DNA of 64,000 nt from Candidatus Multivoradales bacterium (GCA_965223325.1 CBDCWI010000001.1:832001-896000), one strand, 5' to 3'. Counted from the stretch's first letter, positions 28,966 to 39,582 are shown. A program made the numbers and translations. The notes: generated by a model from the letters alone, not told the origin.

Positions 28966-30113
28966 TCCGCCTGGTCTGGCGCAACCTGTTGCGCAACAAG
29001 CGCCGCACCATCCTCACCGTCTTGAGTGTGGCGATGGCGATCTTCCTGTTGGTTCTGCTCGGCTCCGTCCTCCAGGCGATGACCGACGTCGGCAACCCCA
29101 GTGAGGCCAGCATGCTCGTGGTTCGCAACGCGATCTCGCTCACCTTTCAGATTCCCGAGGCCTACGGCCCGCGCATCGCGGCCCTCCCCCACGTGGTGGC
29201 GGTGACACCGCTCGACTGGTTCCAGGGGGTCTACAAAGACAACCGGCCCGAGAACTTCTTCCCGCGCTTCGCTACCGATCCAGAGACTTTGCGTGACGTG
29301 TTCACCGACGTCACTGTCGATGAGGCTCAGTGGGACGACTTCCGGCGTGAACGCACCGCCTTCGCCAGCGGCCGTCGCCTGGCCGAGAAGCAGGGCTGGG
29401 AGATCGGCGATGTGATCGCCATCAAAGGCGACATCTACCCGGTCGACCTCGAGTTGACCTTGCGCGCCATCTTCACGTACCCCGGCAACGAGGGCCAGGA
29501 GAACCTGATCTACCTGCACCGTAAGTACGTTCAGGAGGCGATTGGCAACCCGGGCACGGTCAACAACTTCTGGCTCCAGATCGACGATCCGGAGAACGCA
29601 ACGGCGGTGATTCGCGAAATCGAAGGCATGTTCGAGAACTCGCAGGCCCAGGTGCGCGCCGAAACCGCTCAGGCGTTCGCACTGTCGTTCGTCAACATGC
29701 TCGGCAACGTGCGTTTTCTGTTCGGCTCGATCGGCCTGGCCATCGTGGTCTCGATTCTTCTCATCACCGCCAACACCATGGCAATGGCGGCGCGCGAAAG
29801 AACCCGTGAGGTCGCCGTGCTGCGCACCCTCGGTTTTCGCCGCGGGCAGGTCACCGCAATGGTCATTCTCGAGGCGTTGGTCGTCGGAGTGGTTGGCTCC
29901 GCCCTCGGGCTCGCCGGCGCGACGATGGTCACCCGTGCCATCGATCCGATCCTGCAGGAGAACGGCCTGTCGTTTTCGAACCTCGCCATCGACCCACAGA
30001 GAGTGGCGATCGGCCTCGCCATCGGCCTCTTGATCGGCCTCATTGCCGGCGCCTTCCCAGCCTGGACCGCATCGCGCATGAAGATCGTCGACGGCTTGAG
30101 GAGAATCGCGTGA
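28962..30113 (+). CDS. ABC transporter permease (MacB-PCD/FtsX)
   Basis: [10 protein letters not shown] and [14 protein letters not shown], with 1+3 TM topology. ATGA overlap with the ATPase gene. Confidence 0.92.
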   Translation: MIRLVWRNLLRNKRRTILTVLSVAMAIFLLVLLGSVLQAMTDVGNPSEASMLVVRNAISLTFQIPEAYGPRIAALPHVVAVTPLDWFQGVYKDNRPENFFPRFATDPETLRDVFTDVTVDEAQWDDFRRERTAFASGRRLAEKQGWEIGDVIAIKGDIYPVDLELTLRAIFTYPGNEGQENLIYLHRKYVQEAIGNPGTVNNFWLQIDDPENATAVIREIEGMFENSQAQVRAETAQAFALSFVNMLGNVRFLFGSIGLAIVVSILLITANTMAMAARERTREVAVLRTLGFRRGQVTAMVILEALVVGVVGSALGLAGATMVTRAIDPILQENGLSFSNLAIDPQRVAIGLAIGLLIGLIAGAFPAWTASRMKIVDGLRRIA

Positions 30114-31270
30114 TTCCCATCAAGTACAACGTCCGCAGCCTGTTCGCGCGTTCCGGTACAACGCTCATGACGGTGCTCTCGATTGCCTTCGTAGTCCTCG
30201 TCTACATCGGGGTGCTGGCTCTCGCCGGTGGCCTCGGTGCTGCCTTCAAGGCAGCCGGTGACGAAACGACCGTCATCGTTTTGCGCGACGGCGCGCGCTC
30301 TGAGATGGAGAGTGGCTATGCGCTCGACACGCAGCGCATTCTGGCGGCGCTACCAGGTATCGCCACCGATGAACGCGGTGAACCGCTGGTCTCGGGCGAG
30401 GCGTTTCACATCCAGATCCTCGAGAAACTCGACGGCAACGAGGCCAACGTACCAATTCGCGCCGTTTCTGAACGCGCTTTTGCGATTCGGCCCCAGGTAC
30501 GCATCGCCGAGGGGCGCCAGTTCGAGAAGGGGCAGAGCGAAGTCGTCGTCGGCAAGCAGATCGCCAATCGCTACGGGCTCGGACTCGGCTCGGAGATCAA
30601 GCTGGGCCGCAACCCGTTCCGGGTGGTCGGCGTGCTCGACTCAGGCGGCGGTGCCCTCGAATCGGAGATCTGGGGCGACGCGACCGAAATCGGTGACACC
30701 TACCGGCGCTCGAACTACGTCTCTTCGGTGCGCATCCGGGTGCCATCGAAGGCTGACATCCCGGCGATGATCGACCGCATCTCCGCCGACCAGCGGCTGC
30801 AGGTCGAAGCGATTCCTGAGACGACCTTCTTCGAACGTCAAACCGAAGGGTCGACCGCGTTGTTCATTATTCTCGGCAACGCACTGGCCGTATTGATGGC
30901 TTTTGGTGCCTGTTTCGCTGCCGCCAACACCATGTATGCCCAGGTTGCGGCGCGCTCGCGTGAAATCGGAACGCTCCGCGCGCTGGGGTTCAAGAGGCGC
31001 TCGATTCTTTCGGCGTTCGTCATTGAAGCGTTGGTTCTCGGGCTCGCCGCGGGCCTTCTCGGAGCCCTTCTGAGCCTGCCGCTCAACGGTTTCACCACCG
31101 GAACGATGAACCAGGCCGCCTTCTCCGAGGTGAGCTTTGCGCTGCGGACCACGCCGCCGATTCTTCTCGGTGGAGTGATGTTGGCGACCTTCACCGCTCT
31201 CATCGGCGGCCTTCTGCCGGCGATCTCGGCCTCGCGACAACCGATCACGTCACTCCTGCGCAGCACCTGA
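30110..31270 (+). CDS. ABC transporter permease (MacB-PCD/FtsX)
   Basis: [11 protein letters not shown] and RSREIGTLRALGF. GTGA overlap with the upstream permease. Confidence 0.92.
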   Translation: MIPIKYNVRSLFARSGTTLMTVLSIAFVVLVYIGVLALAGGLGAAFKAAGDETTVIVLRDGARSEMESGYALDTQRILAALPGIATDERGEPLVSGEAFHIQILEKLDGNEANVPIRAVSERAFAIRPQVRIAEGRQFEKGQSEVVVGKQIANRYGLGLGSEIKLGRNPFRVVGVLDSGGGALESEIWGDATEIGDTYRRSNYVSSVRIRVPSKADIPAMIDRISADQRLQVEAIPETTFFERQTEGSTALFIILGNALAVLMAFGACFAAANTMYAQVAARSREIGTLRALGFKRRSILSAFVIEALVLGLAAGLLGALLSLPLNGFTTGTMNQAAFSEVSFALRTTPPILLGGVMLATFTALIGGLLPAISASRQPITSLLRST

Positions 31271-31302
31271 GTCCGGGGGCTTTTCAAAGGCTCAGTCGCC
31301 CG

Positions 31303-32868
31303 GTGAACTTCTACCAAATGCTCCAGGACCGGATGGCGCTCGACGAGCACGGCAACCATCCGTGTCTGGGTTCGGGAGCACTCGAGAACACGAGCTCCCG
31401 CCACCTGCCGCTCAGCTACCGCCAGCTCGATGCCTTCGCCGGGCGCCTGGCGAGCGGCCTCGCCGAGCGCGGTGTCGCGCCCGGCGACCGCGTTGTCTGC
31501 CAGGTCGACAAGGGGCCGGCGGCTCTGGCTCTCTATCTCGCGGTGCTGCGCCACGGCGCCGTGTATGTGCCGCTCAACCCGGCCTACACCAAAGAGGAGG
31601 TGCGCTTCTTTCTCGAAGATGCGGCGCCGCACCTGTTCGTTGGCCGGAGCGCAGCGCGCCAGGAACTCGAACCACTCGCGCACAAAGCCGGGGTTCAGGC
31701 TGTCGAGTGGCTAGCTGGAATGACCGAAGAGACCGAGGCCCGCACTGGCCCCGACTTTGCCGAGCAGGTGGCCGAACTCGACCCGAGTCCCGAAATCGCC
31801 GCTCGCCAGGGTTCGGACCTTGCGGGCATCTTCTACACCTCAGGCACCACCGGGCGCTCGAAAGGCGCGGGACTCACTCACCGGAACCTCGCCGAGAATG
31901 CAACCGCACTTCACGCTGCCTGGGGCTTCGAAGAAGGTGACGTGCTCTTGCATGCCCTCCCCATCTTTCACATCCATGGGTTGTTCGTCGCTCTCCACAC
32001 CGCGCTTCTCAACCGTTCGACGGTCATCTTCCACCCCGCCTTCGACCCCCAGGCGATCGTACGAGATCTGCCGCGGGCGACGGTCTTCATGGGTGTTCCC
32101 ACTTTCTACGCACGGCTACTCCAGACTCCAGGCTTTGATCGGGAGTGCTGTTGGGGAATGCGGCTGTTCACCTCCGGCTCGGCGCCCTTGTCTCCTGAGA
32201 CGTTCGACGCCTTCTACCTGCGCACCGGCCAGCGCATTCTCGAACGCTACGGCATGACCGAGATCGGTATCGCCCTGTCCAACCCGCTCGACGGCGAACG
32301 CATCGCCGGCACCGTTGGTTTTCCGTTCCCGGGTCACGAGGTCCGGGTCGCCGACGATTCCGGAAACCCTGTCCCACCGGGCACCGTCGGCACCCTCGAA
32401 GTCAAAGGCCCCAGCGTCTTCGCAGGCTACTGGCAGCTTCCCGAGAAGACCGCCGAAGAGTTCCGCGGCGACGGCTTCTTCATCACCGGCGATCTCGCGA
32501 CCGAGGACGCAGAGGGCCGCATCTCGATCGTCGGTCGCGCCCGTGACCTGGTGATCTCGGGCGGCTACAACATCTACCCCCGCGAGATCGAAGATTGCCT
32601 ACTGGGAGTCGCAGGCGTTTCCGAGTGCGCTGTGATCGGCGCGCCCCACGACGACCTCGGAGAAGGTGTCGTCGCGGTCCTGGTTGCCGAGAACCCCGAA
32701 GAACCGGTGGCGAACGAGGACCTGCAAGCGGCACTCGATGGGTCCCTGGCGCGCTTCAAACACCCGCGACGCTTCTTTTGGACCGCTGCCCTACCGAGGA
32801 ACTCGATGGGCAAGGTCCAAAAGAACGTCCTGCGGGACGAGCACCGCGACACGTACCGAGGCTCGTAG
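31303..32868 (+). CDS. matB: Acyl-CoA synthetase, malonyl-CoA synthetase (MatB)-like
   Basis: YTSGTTGRSKG, LPIFHIHGLFV, MGVPTFY, LERYGMTE, FFITGD and LPRNSMGKVQK. Confidence 0.85.
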   Translation: MNFYQMLQDRMALDEHGNHPCLGSGALENTSSRHLPLSYRQLDAFAGRLASGLAERGVAPGDRVVCQVDKGPAALALYLAVLRHGAVYVPLNPAYTKEEVRFFLEDAAPHLFVGRSAARQELEPLAHKAGVQAVEWLAGMTEETEARTGPDFAEQVAELDPSPEIAARQGSDLAGIFYTSGTTGRSKGAGLTHRNLAENATALHAAWGFEEGDVLLHALPIFHIHGLFVALHTALLNRSTVIFHPAFDPQAIVRDLPRATVFMGVPTFYARLLQTPGFDRECCWGMRLFTSGSAPLSPETFDAFYLRTGQRILERYGMTEIGIALSNPLDGERIAGTVGFPFPGHEVRVADDSGNPVPPGTVGTLEVKGPSVFAGYWQLPEKTAEEFRGDGFFITGDLATEDAEGRISIVGRARDLVISGGYNIYPREIEDCLLGVAGVSECAVIGAPHDDLGEGVVAVLVAENPEEPVANEDLQAALDGSLARFKHPRRFFWTAALPRNSMGKVQKNVLRDEHRDTYRGS

Positions 32869-32872
32869 TCGA

Positions 32873-35800
32873 CTACTCGTGCGGCTCCACCTTCGGCTCG
32901 TCGTCGAAGATCATGTCGAGAATCGAGTAGTCGATCCCGGTACAGAAGGACGACGCGGCAAAGGGTGGCGTGATCGGAGTGCAGCCGTGTAGAAGGGCCG
33001 GGCGATCGAGCGGCTGGCGTCTCGGATCGGCGTAGCGCGGTCCGGTACCAGGGAGAAGCGCCCCCTCTTCGAGCTCGGGAATAGCAGCCTCTGGACCATG
33101 GCAGGAGAGGCAGAAAGCCTTCTGTGAGAAGTCTGCACGCGGTTCGAGGGCTATGTGATCAAGCCCGGTCAGTTCGAGCACCGCTGTGCGACGGCAACGG
33201 TTGGCGACCGCCGGACGCGGATTGCGATGCACCCGATCAACACACAGCCCACGACCGTGCTGGAGGGCCAGATCGTTGGGCTCGTTGTGCGACTCGATCT
33301 CGAGCTGCTCGCAGACGTCGACCGTTGTCGTGACCGTCCGCACTGCTGCGCGCTTGGTCTTCGCCGGGTGCTCGGCGGTCTTGAAGTAGCCCCAGCCTTT
33401 GGCGATGTCGTAGAGGTCACGAAGCGCCTCGAGCTGGGCCCCGCCGTCGCCGTCTTTGATCTCGATCAGGGTTCCCAGTGCCAGGTTGCAGGCGATCTCT
33501 TCGAAGTAGCTGTACTTCGGAGCTGCCGGCCCATCGATCGCGTAAACCCGGAACTCATCGACCCAACCCTCGAAGCTCGGATGGGTGTCGTCGGCCGAGC
33601 CGACGAAGACATAGGCGTTGTAGCCCGCCGGGTGGTTGAAGTGAAAGCCCGGCTTCGAGCCCAGGTCAAAGACCATCTCCTTCGCCAGCCTGGTGCCGTT
33701 CACGTAGAAGCGCAGGCGCCGCCTCGACCCTTCGGTGGTGATCTTGGCGCCGAAGTGTGTGTAGCGCTCGTTCTCGAGCCCGAGCTGGTTGATCCAGATG
33801 GCGCGCTCCTGATTGTCGACGCTCGAGATTGCCACCAGCTTGTCGTTCGAGAGCAGAATCCGCGAGCCATCGCCGAACTGAAACACGGTGCGCGGCTCAG
33901 TGCTCTGTGAGCGGTTGTCGAGCCATAGCGAGAGGTACCAGTTGTCATGGTTCGGGCGCTTGAAACGGGCCTTGATGTGGTCGTTCCTCCCATCCAGGTA
34001 GACACCATGGCCGAGGACGCCACCTAGACCGACGGGTTCAATGCGGGCGCCACCGCGCAGCTCGAGCCACTTCGGCATGCTGTCGGCGAGGGAATCGCCC
34101 TCGATCCAGCTTTCGAGATAGAGCGTCGCCGGGCCGCCGGCCGGGCCCTGGACAAGTGAGTAGTCGCTGGTCTCACCGTACTGTGGATCGCTGAGGTCGC
34201 AGGTCTTCGTGTAGACACCACTGTTACCGACGATGCTGGACGGGGTGTCGGGAGGGCAAGGCGGTACGGGATGGGTTGATGTGATCGTGAGAGCCCCGGT
34301 CGTGGCGTTCCAGTTGAAGGAGGCGTCGTCCCAGCTCGTCCACTCCATCACCTGGCAACCAAGGGTCGCGTGGGCTGGCATGCCGGGTGGGCAGGCTCCC
34401 TCTCTCAGAGTGGCCGAATTCGCCAGATGGGGTGTTCTCCGGTGCGAGAAGAACGGGCGCTCAGACGGGTTGGTGCCGTCGGCGAATCGGAAGTGGCGCT
34501 CGGGATAGAGCGGCACGAAGCCGTCATCTGGAAACCAGTCCTCGTTGAACTCACCTGTCAGATGTGCGTTCATGTGCCCCACGATCAACGCCTTCTCGTC
34601 GAGGTACTCGTCGAACACCACATCGAAATTCTGCTGGTTGTTGCTGGCGAAGGTCCAGACGACGTCGAACGGCATTGTCGGCGACATCGCGTCATAGTGG
34701 TTGAAGCGGTTCTCGAACGACTGCAACCCGGTCGTGCCGCGAGTTCGGAAGTGGGTCGGAGGACCCTGGTAGAGCTGCAGGTCGAAAGACACCAGCTGGT
34801 TGGAATTGTTGCCGCCCGAGTTCAGGTCTTGGCGGTTGCCCATGGTGCTCATGTTGAGTCGGTTGTCGAGGTGCACCGCCTTGCCCTTCGTCCAGGCACC
34901 GAGCGCCACGTAACCTTTGCCGGGGGCCTTGTCGATGAACTGCACCTGGCTGTTGTCCTGACGAGTTCCGAACCAGGAGTCGCGCGCTTCGTCGGTAAGA
35001 GCAAAGAAGATGTTGCGCACCTCGCGGTCCATCCAGGGGTATGCACCCTTGATGTTCGGGAAGAATCCATCTTCGCATTCGAAGGGCTCACCTGCCGTGT
35101 CGCGGAAGGGTTCGATATGGCGGTTGCCCTTGGAGTCGTAGCGCACCTGGGTCTTGGCCAGCGGGTAACGATCGTTGACCCGGTCGTCCCAGGGCATCGC
35201 GGCCAGGGGGCGCCAGTTCGGCCAGCCCTCGGCAGAGCAGGCGGTCTCGCTGTAGGAGTACCAGAGCCCGCCGGCGTTGATGACCAACAGTCGGCCGTCA
35301 CCGCTAATTGTCGGCTCGAAGATCTGCCGCAGCGAACAGTCGGGATCGTCCCAGTTTCCGTGGCAGCTGTTGCCGTTCCAGAACTCACCCGGATCGGTGA
35401 TGCCGTTGGCGTTTGCGTCGAAGACGAAGCCGCCCTCTGACGAGGACTCCTGGTGGTCGAGGAACGCGCAGCGCCCGGGTTGCTGGGATGCCGGTAGGTC
35501 GATGCAGTCCTCGATCATCGTCTCGAGGGCAAAGGCGTCGTTGTAGTGAACATTGCCAGCTGTGTCCGTAAGGAAACCCAACATCCCATCTTCGGTGTAT
35601 TCGCCGAGCTGGTTCCCAACCGTGCGCGGATAGAGGTAGGGGTAGCCCGAGTCAGGCTGCTTGCCGTTGGGCACAAAGATCGTGTACTTGCTCGAGTGCA
35701 GCTCGATCCGCCCTTCGAATCCCGGAAAGGAGACCAACGAAACGTCATAGCAGTCGCCCTCTGTGACGGTGCCGTTGATCAAGGCGGTGCAACTGCGAGG

Positions 35801-36373
35801 ATTGCGTCCACTCGAGTTCGAGCCATCAAGCGAGTAGGCGGGGCTCGAATCGTCGCAGATATCGCTGTGGTTGAAGGCCGGTGTCTTGCCATCGGGGTGC
35901 TCGAGGTCAAACAGCGAGGTGAGCGGCGACAAAACGCTCGGTGCAAAGAAGCTGTTGCGGTGGCCGTGGACTTCCTCTGCGGGCCCCGAACCGTTGCCGC
36001 GCTGCTGCTGGTCGTAGCCGATGTTCTCGGGGTGAAAGAGCGAGACCGCCATGCGGGGATAGCTACCGCTCAAGACCAGCCGACCATCGTTGGAGGCGCG
36101 AAAACTCGGCAAGATGACGGTCTTCCCCGCCCCCTTCTCTCCGATCGGAAACGCCGTAACATCGGGATCGTCGTCAGGACTGGCAACCATCGAACGCTCG
36201 AGACTGGGTGCCGGGGGCGCCTCAGGGTCGTGGCAGTCGATGACCAGCGAGTAGTCGTCGCTGCAGGGAGGTGATGCGACCTCGGCAGCGTCTGAGAACG
36301 ACTGGCCCAGGGCGGGCTGGCTCGCAATGGCGAGAACCACAAGGAGACTGGCGACGCGGGGATGACAAGACAT
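32873..36373 (-). CDS. Large secreted Cys-rich protein with LamG-like domain and C-terminal CxxCH
   Basis: RBS GAGGAAGGA before ATG 36373, signal peptide, PD40-like EPTISGDGRLL, LamG-like (YLDGRND..W..FYVNG..FEGWVDEFRVY) and CLSCH near the C-terminus. Confidence 0.8.
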   Translation of the reverse strand: MSCHPRVASLLVVLAIASQPALGQSFSDAAEVASPPCSDDYSLVIDCHDPEAPPAPSLERSMVASPDDDPDVTAFPIGEKGAGKTVILPSFRASNDGRLVLSGSYPRMAVSLFHPENIGYDQQQRGNGSGPAEEVHGHRNSFFAPSVLSPLTSLFDLEHPDGKTPAFNHSDICDDSSPAYSLDGSNSSGRNPRSCTALINGTVTEGDCYDVSLVSFPGFEGRIELHSSKYTIFVPNGKQPDSGYPYLYPRTVGNQLGEYTEDGMLGFLTDTAGNVHYNDAFALETMIEDCIDLPASQQPGRCAFLDHQESSSEGGFVFDANANGITDPGEFWNGNSCHGNWDDPDCSLRQIFEPTISGDGRLLVINAGGLWYSYSETACSAEGWPNWRPLAAMPWDDRVNDRYPLAKTQVRYDSKGNRHIEPFRDTAGEPFECEDGFFPNIKGAYPWMDREVRNIFFALTDEARDSWFGTRQDNSQVQFIDKAPGKGYVALGAWTKGKAVHLDNRLNMSTMGNRQDLNSGGNNSNQLVSFDLQLYQGPPTHFRTRGTTGLQSFENRFNHYDAMSPTMPFDVVWTFASNNQQNFDVVFDEYLDEKALIVGHMNAHLTGEFNEDWFPDDGFVPLYPERHFRFADGTNPSERPFFSHRRTPHLANSATLREGACPPGMPAHATLGCQVMEWTSWDDASFNWNATTGALTITSTHPVPPCPPDTPSSIVGNSGVYTKTCDLSDPQYGETSDYSLVQGPAGGPATLYLESWIEGDSLADSMPKWLELRGGARIEPVGLGGVLGHGVYLDGRNDHIKARFKRPNHDNWYLSLWLDNRSQSTEPRTVFQFGDGSRILLSNDKLVAISSVDNQERAIWINQLGLENERYTHFGAKITTEGSRRRLRFYVNGTRLAKEMVFDLGSKPGFHFNHPAGYNAYVFVGSADDTHPSFEGWVDEFRVYAIDGPAAPKYSYFEEIACNLALGTLIEIKDGDGGAQLEALRDLYDIAKGWGYFKTAEHPAKTKRAAVRTVTTTVDVCEQLEIESHNEPNDLALQHGRGLCVDRVHRNPRPAVANRCRRTAVLELTGLDHIALEPRADFSQKAFCLSCHGPEAAIPELEEGALLPGTGPRYADPRRQPLDRPALLHGCTPITPPFAASSFCTGIDYSILDMIFDDEPKVEPHE

Positions 36374-36480
36374 AACAGTGAATCCTTCCTCAAACAGTAG
36401 GTGAAGGCACAAGCGTTCACCCAGAAAGGAGTCTGGGTCACTGTCGTTTACCGGCGGACCGGGGGAGAGCACTGACGTCG

Positions 36481-37107
36481 CTAGCGTGACTCTCCATAGA
36501 GTCGCTCGGCCAGGCGCTTTTTCACCTGCGGCCACTCGTCATCTGTGATGCTGAAATAGACCGTGTTACGAACGCGACCACCCTGGCTGACCATGTGCTT
36601 GCGCAGCGTGCCTTCCTCTTTTGCCCCAATAGCCAGGATGGCGGTACGCGATCGCCGGTTGCGAGCGTCGGTCTTGAGCTCGACCCGTCGTAGTCCGATG
36701 TCCTCGAAGGCGTGCTCGAGCATCAAGTACTTCGCTTCGCGGTTGACTCCGGTGCGCTGCCACGGAGGCGATACGAAAGTCCAGCCGATCTCGGCGCGCA
36801 GGTGTTCGGGGGCAAGTGCACCAAAACTGGTACTGCCCACTGCCCGATCCGGGTCCCCGTCGCCTCGCCGGGCAATGGTGGCAAAGGACACCATGCGCCC
36901 GGCCTCGGTCTCGGCCACCAGCCAGCCGAGGTAGCTCTCGAGTTGCGCGAGCGTGGTGATCATGCGCGAAGTGTGCTTCCAGATCGACGGATCGAGAGCC
37001 TGCTCGCCGAGTGCCCGAGCGTGCGCCTTCCGGAGCGGCTCCAGGCGAACGTAGCGCCCCTCGAGGGTCGTCGGGCGAAGTCTGCCCGCCGGCCGCGGCT
37101 CCGTCAT
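36481..37107 (-). CDS. GNAT N-acetyltransferase (RimJ/RimL type)
   Basis: LEGRYVRLEPL, EIGWT, NREAKYLMLEHAFE, RVELKTDARN and EGTLRKH. Confidence 0.92.
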   Translation of the reverse strand: MTEPRPAGRLRPTTLEGRYVRLEPLRKAHARALGEQALDPSIWKHTSRMITTLAQLESYLGWLVAETEAGRMVSFATIARRGDGDPDRAVGSTSFGALAPEHLRAEIGWTFVSPPWQRTGVNREAKYLMLEHAFEDIGLRRVELKTDARNRRSRTAILAIGAKEEGTLRKHMVSQGGRVRNTVYFSITDDEWPQVKKRLAERLYGESR

Positions 37108-37123
37108 CGAAAGAGAACGGCGA

Positions 37124-37573
37124 TCAACGCTCTTCGATGACGACTGTGTAGTCGACCGAAACAGCCTCGGGCACGGAGCTCGCCGAGGTCTGGATGTCGG
37201 AAACCTCGAAGCAGTAGGGGCGCTCGGAGAGACTCAGGAGGACGTCGAGACCCTCGACCATGGTGAAGGTCGCCGTGAAGCGGCAGCCTTCCGGCTCGTC
37301 CCGCCCGATCTTGACCGCCAGCGCAAGAGTCGTTTCGTCGATGGGTGGAGCGTCGGGATCGTCGGGTCGCACCGCGACATCGGCGAGTACGATGCGCACC
37401 GTGCCGATCTCTTGAATCGTAACCTTGTGGAGACTCACGCCGCCGTCTTGCAGCGTCCCTTCCAGCATGACCGTGTTGGTGATTTCGGTCGGCGAGTTCG
37501 AGGAATCACAACCCGCGGAAAACAGGGCGACCAAACAGAGCGCCACCAGGAGCGCCAAAGGGCGAAGCACCAT
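37124..37573 (-). CDS. Hypothetical lipoprotein
   Basis: Hydrophobic signal with lipobox SAGC. Start may be 37573 or 37621. Confidence 0.7.
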   Translation of the reverse strand: MVLRPLALLVALCLVALFSAGCDSSNSPTEITNTVMLEGTLQDGGVSLHKVTIQEIGTVRIVLADVAVRPDDPDAPPIDETTLALAVKIGRDEPEGCRFTATFTMVEGLDVLLSLSERPYCFEVSDIQTSASSVPEAVSVDYTVVIEER

Positions 37574-37819
37574 CGGGGGAAGGGCGCCCCCTGAAGCGGA
37601 AGATTGTACGAGAGGTTTCATCGCTGTTCTCCACGGCCTCTTTGATTGAACGGGGAATCGGACTCTGTCGGTCGGAGGCGCCAGTGACGAGGCGCGTTGA
37701 ATGCGGGAACTCTATTCGTCTGGGGAAGAACTCTATCTCTGACAGGCCTCGTCGCGCTGGTATTTCAGCTACGATTCCGGGAAAACTCGCCCTGTCTTCT
37801 CCCAAGGACTCTCTGGTCC

Positions 37820-37851
37820 GCGGCACATCGCGGCACATCGCGGCACATCGC
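37820..37851 (+). repeat. Three perfect 10-bp direct repeats (CGGCACATCG) in divergent promoter region
   Basis: 37821-37850 reads CGGCACATCG three times, about 70 nt upstream of the yceI start. Confidence 0.9.
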
Positions 37852-37919
37852 CCTCACCGAGAACGAACCGACAGCCGTCTTCGTTCCAGTCAGTTTCCCA
37901 ACAACCCAGGAATCTCAAC

Positions 37920-38522
37920 ATGCTTCATCGTTCGAACCACCTCATCCGTCGCCCGGCCGTCGTCCTGCTGTTGGCACTGGCCCTGGCCTTCGCCGGTGCT
38001 GCGAGCACCACAGCCGCAACCTGGAAGATCGATCCGGTGCACTCCTCGGCGATCTTCAAGATCAAGCACTTCAACACCAGCAACTTCTACGGTGCCTTCA
38101 AGACGATGACCGGCACGGTCGAATACGACCCGGCAAAGCCGGAGGCCTCGTCGATCGACATCACGATCAAGGCCGAGAGCGTAGACAGCCGCATGGAACA
38201 GCGCGACACGCACATCAAGAGCCCCGACTTCCTGAACTCCGCCCAGTTCCCCACCATCAGCTTCAAGAGCACGTCAGTCAAGAGCAACAGCGACGGCAGC
38301 CTCGAGGTCACCGGCAACCTGACTCTCCTGGGAATCACCAAGCCGGTTTCTGCGCAGGTCGAAAAGACCGGCGAGGGCACCAACCCACGCTCGCAGAAAG
38401 ACATTCTCGGGTTCGAAGCACACTTCACCGTCGACCGCACCGCCCACGACATGAACTTCATGGCCGGCCCGCTGAGTCGGGAGATTGGCTTCATCCTGGC
38501 ACTCGAACTGGTCAAGGAGTAG
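37920..38522 (+). CDS. yceI: YceI family lipid/polyisoprenoid-binding protein
   Basis: Signal peptide, WKIDPVHS, RDTHIKSPDF..FP.I.FKS and GNLTLLGITKPV. Confidence 0.92.
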   Translation: MLHRSNHLIRRPAVVLLLALALAFAGAASTTAATWKIDPVHSSAIFKIKHFNTSNFYGAFKTMTGTVEYDPAKPEASSIDITIKAESVDSRMEQRDTHIKSPDFLNSAQFPTISFKSTSVKSNSDGSLEVTGNLTLLGITKPVSAQVEKTGEGTNPRSQKDILGFEAHFTVDRTAHDMNFMAGPLSREIGFILALELVKE

Positions 38523-38529
38523 GTCGCCT

Positions 38530-39582
38530 TTGCTGCTGCGTAGCCTTCTCTTGCCGGGAGTCCTCGTCCCCGGCGGGTTCGCGCTCCTGGCCAGCCTGGT
38601 CGCACTCGCACTGGCGAGAAGCGCAGGCGACCACCTGGCCTCGCCGCAGGCATTGCGACGGGTCCCCGGAACCCTGCCCATCGCGGCGGCCTTCGCAGCT
38701 GCCTACGTCGCGGTGTCTGGCTGGCCGCGCTTTCCGCCGGTTGAAGCAACGCAACGGCTGTTCTTCGTCGTTGTTGCGCTTGCGCTGGTCATCGCTCTGT
38801 GGTCGCTACGCCGCGATGCGCATCGACTTGGCCGCATCCTCACCCCCATTTCCCTGACCATTGCGCTCCTGCTCATGCTCGAGAGCCAACTGCGCCATGT
38901 GTGGCAAGGACCGGAGGGACCGTTCTGGATCCTGGGCCTGGTGCTGTTCGGTTGGCTGGTGGTGCTGGCAACCGCCCGACACCTCACGGCAGCGAGCACT
39001 CTCAGAGCTCTCGAGCCGGGCGAAAGCGCCACGCCTGAGCCCAACGGCTTCTGGCGCGGCTGGCGCGATGCCGTCATGCGCCTCGCTCTCATCGGCGGAA
39101 CGGCGATCGCGATCGGTCTCACCGGGAGCGCCCGCCTGGCACAGATCACCGGTGCCATCGCCGTCGGCGCACTGGTTCACGAGTTCATCGTGCGTCTCTT
39201 GGGACAGAGGCCCTGGCGAGCGAGCGACAGCCTGGTTCTGGCGCTTCCCGTCTTCGGCCTGTTGGTCGCCGCACACTTCTACTCGGCGCTTTCGGCCCTG
39301 CCGGCGGCGCTCCTCGGGCTCGCCTGGGTTCTCCTCTTTGCGACCGGGCATCCCGGTCGTCAGGGAGCCTTTGGCTGGCGTGCCTTCATACCGCTGGCGG
39401 CACTCGCTCTCGCCCTCGCCCTGGCGGCCGCCGAGTTCCGCGCCAAAGCCGAAGACGATCCCTATGCCGGGTACGAAGACTACGTTCGCGCCACCGAACC
39501 TGTCTTGCCGGATCAGCTCGGAGGCTCGGCCAGGAGAGCCGGATCGGGCGGTTCGGGTTTGTTGGCAAGCTCACGAAGGTAG
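38530..39582 (+). CDS. Hypothetical polytopic membrane protein
   Basis: About 10 hydrophobic segments. Likely TTG start just after the yceI stop. 3' end overlaps the opposite-strand gene by 70 bp. Confidence 0.7.
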   Translation: MLLRSLLLPGVLVPGGFALLASLVALALARSAGDHLASPQALRRVPGTLPIAAAFAAAYVAVSGWPRFPPVEATQRLFFVVVALALVIALWSLRRDAHRLGRILTPISLTIALLLMLESQLRHVWQGPEGPFWILGLVLFGWLVVLATARHLTAASTLRALEPGESATPEPNGFWRGWRDAVMRLALIGGTAIAIGLTGSARLAQITGAIAVGALVHEFIVRLLGQRPWRASDSLVLALPVFGLLVAAHFYSALSALPAALLGLAWVLLFATGHPGRQGAFGWRAFIPLAALALALALAAAEFRAKAEDDPYAGYEDYVRATEPVLPDQLGGSARRAGSGGSGLLASSRR

